This document shows positions 8,342 through 8,371 of a stretch of DNA of 8,371 bases, one piece after another (the stretch's first letter is position 1; each line of letters starts with the position of its first letter). Under the pieces are notes generated by a model that did no database searches, was not told the DNA's origin, and worked only from the letters and a program-made list of their open reading frames with translations. This stretch comes from Tubiluchus corallicola (taxonomy: Eukaryota; Animalia; Priapulida), in contig JAQGDQ010002214.1 in the NCBI GenBank assembly GCA_030141605.1, positions 1 to 8,371 of the forward strand. Reading direction: 5' to 3'. The translations under genes were made by a program, and so were the position numbers.

Positions 8342-8371
8342 AATAAAAATGTCTATGTCTATGTCTATGTC
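8342..8371 (+). repeat. AATAAA followed by (ATGTCT)n microsatellite 3' tail of the LINE
   Basis: AATAAA at 8342-8347; ATGTCT x3 plus ATGTC at 8349-8371, cut off by the window edge. Short tandem tails are typical of CR1/L2-group LINEs. Confidence 0.85.

Larger units (their letters stand above)
6240..8371 (+). mobile_element. 5'-truncated non-LTR retrotransposon (LINE), CR1/L2 group (Crack/Daphne/CR1-like)
   Basis: RT ORF followed by a ~800-nt T-rich 3'UTR, a stem-loop (8191-8233), AATAAA (8342-8347) and an (ATGTCT)n tail running to the window end. No ORF1 or endonuclease domain upstream; LINE-like sequence begins abruptly at about 6234-6246. Confidence 0.92.

Overview
AT-rich eukaryotic (probably invertebrate) genomic DNA made mostly of transposable elements; I found no host gene. 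(1) A 5'-truncated but uninterrupted non-LTR retrotransposon of the CR1/L2/Crack-Daphne group lies on + at ~6240-8371, with its RT ORF, T-rich 3'UTR, terminal stem-loop, AATAAA and (ATGTCT)n tail. (2) A decayed, 5'-truncated RTE-clade LINE on - (1842-2485) is inserted, with a 10-bp target-site duplication, into a Ty3/Gypsy RT fragment on + (1735-2630); the ORF track shows only the first half of that fragment. (3) A ~15-bp minisatellite spans 5036-5477. (4) There are weaker candidate DNA-transposon ends: a TTAA-flanked Kolobok-like pair (3314/5832), a hAT-like end (~5965), a piggyBac-like end (22) and a Helitron-like 3' end (4467-4505). (5) A CpG-rich block with CRE/CCAAT motifs (3400-4570) stands out from a CpG-depleted background. 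Nothing here demonstrates a new biological system. All family assignments come from motif recognition by eye, not database searches.
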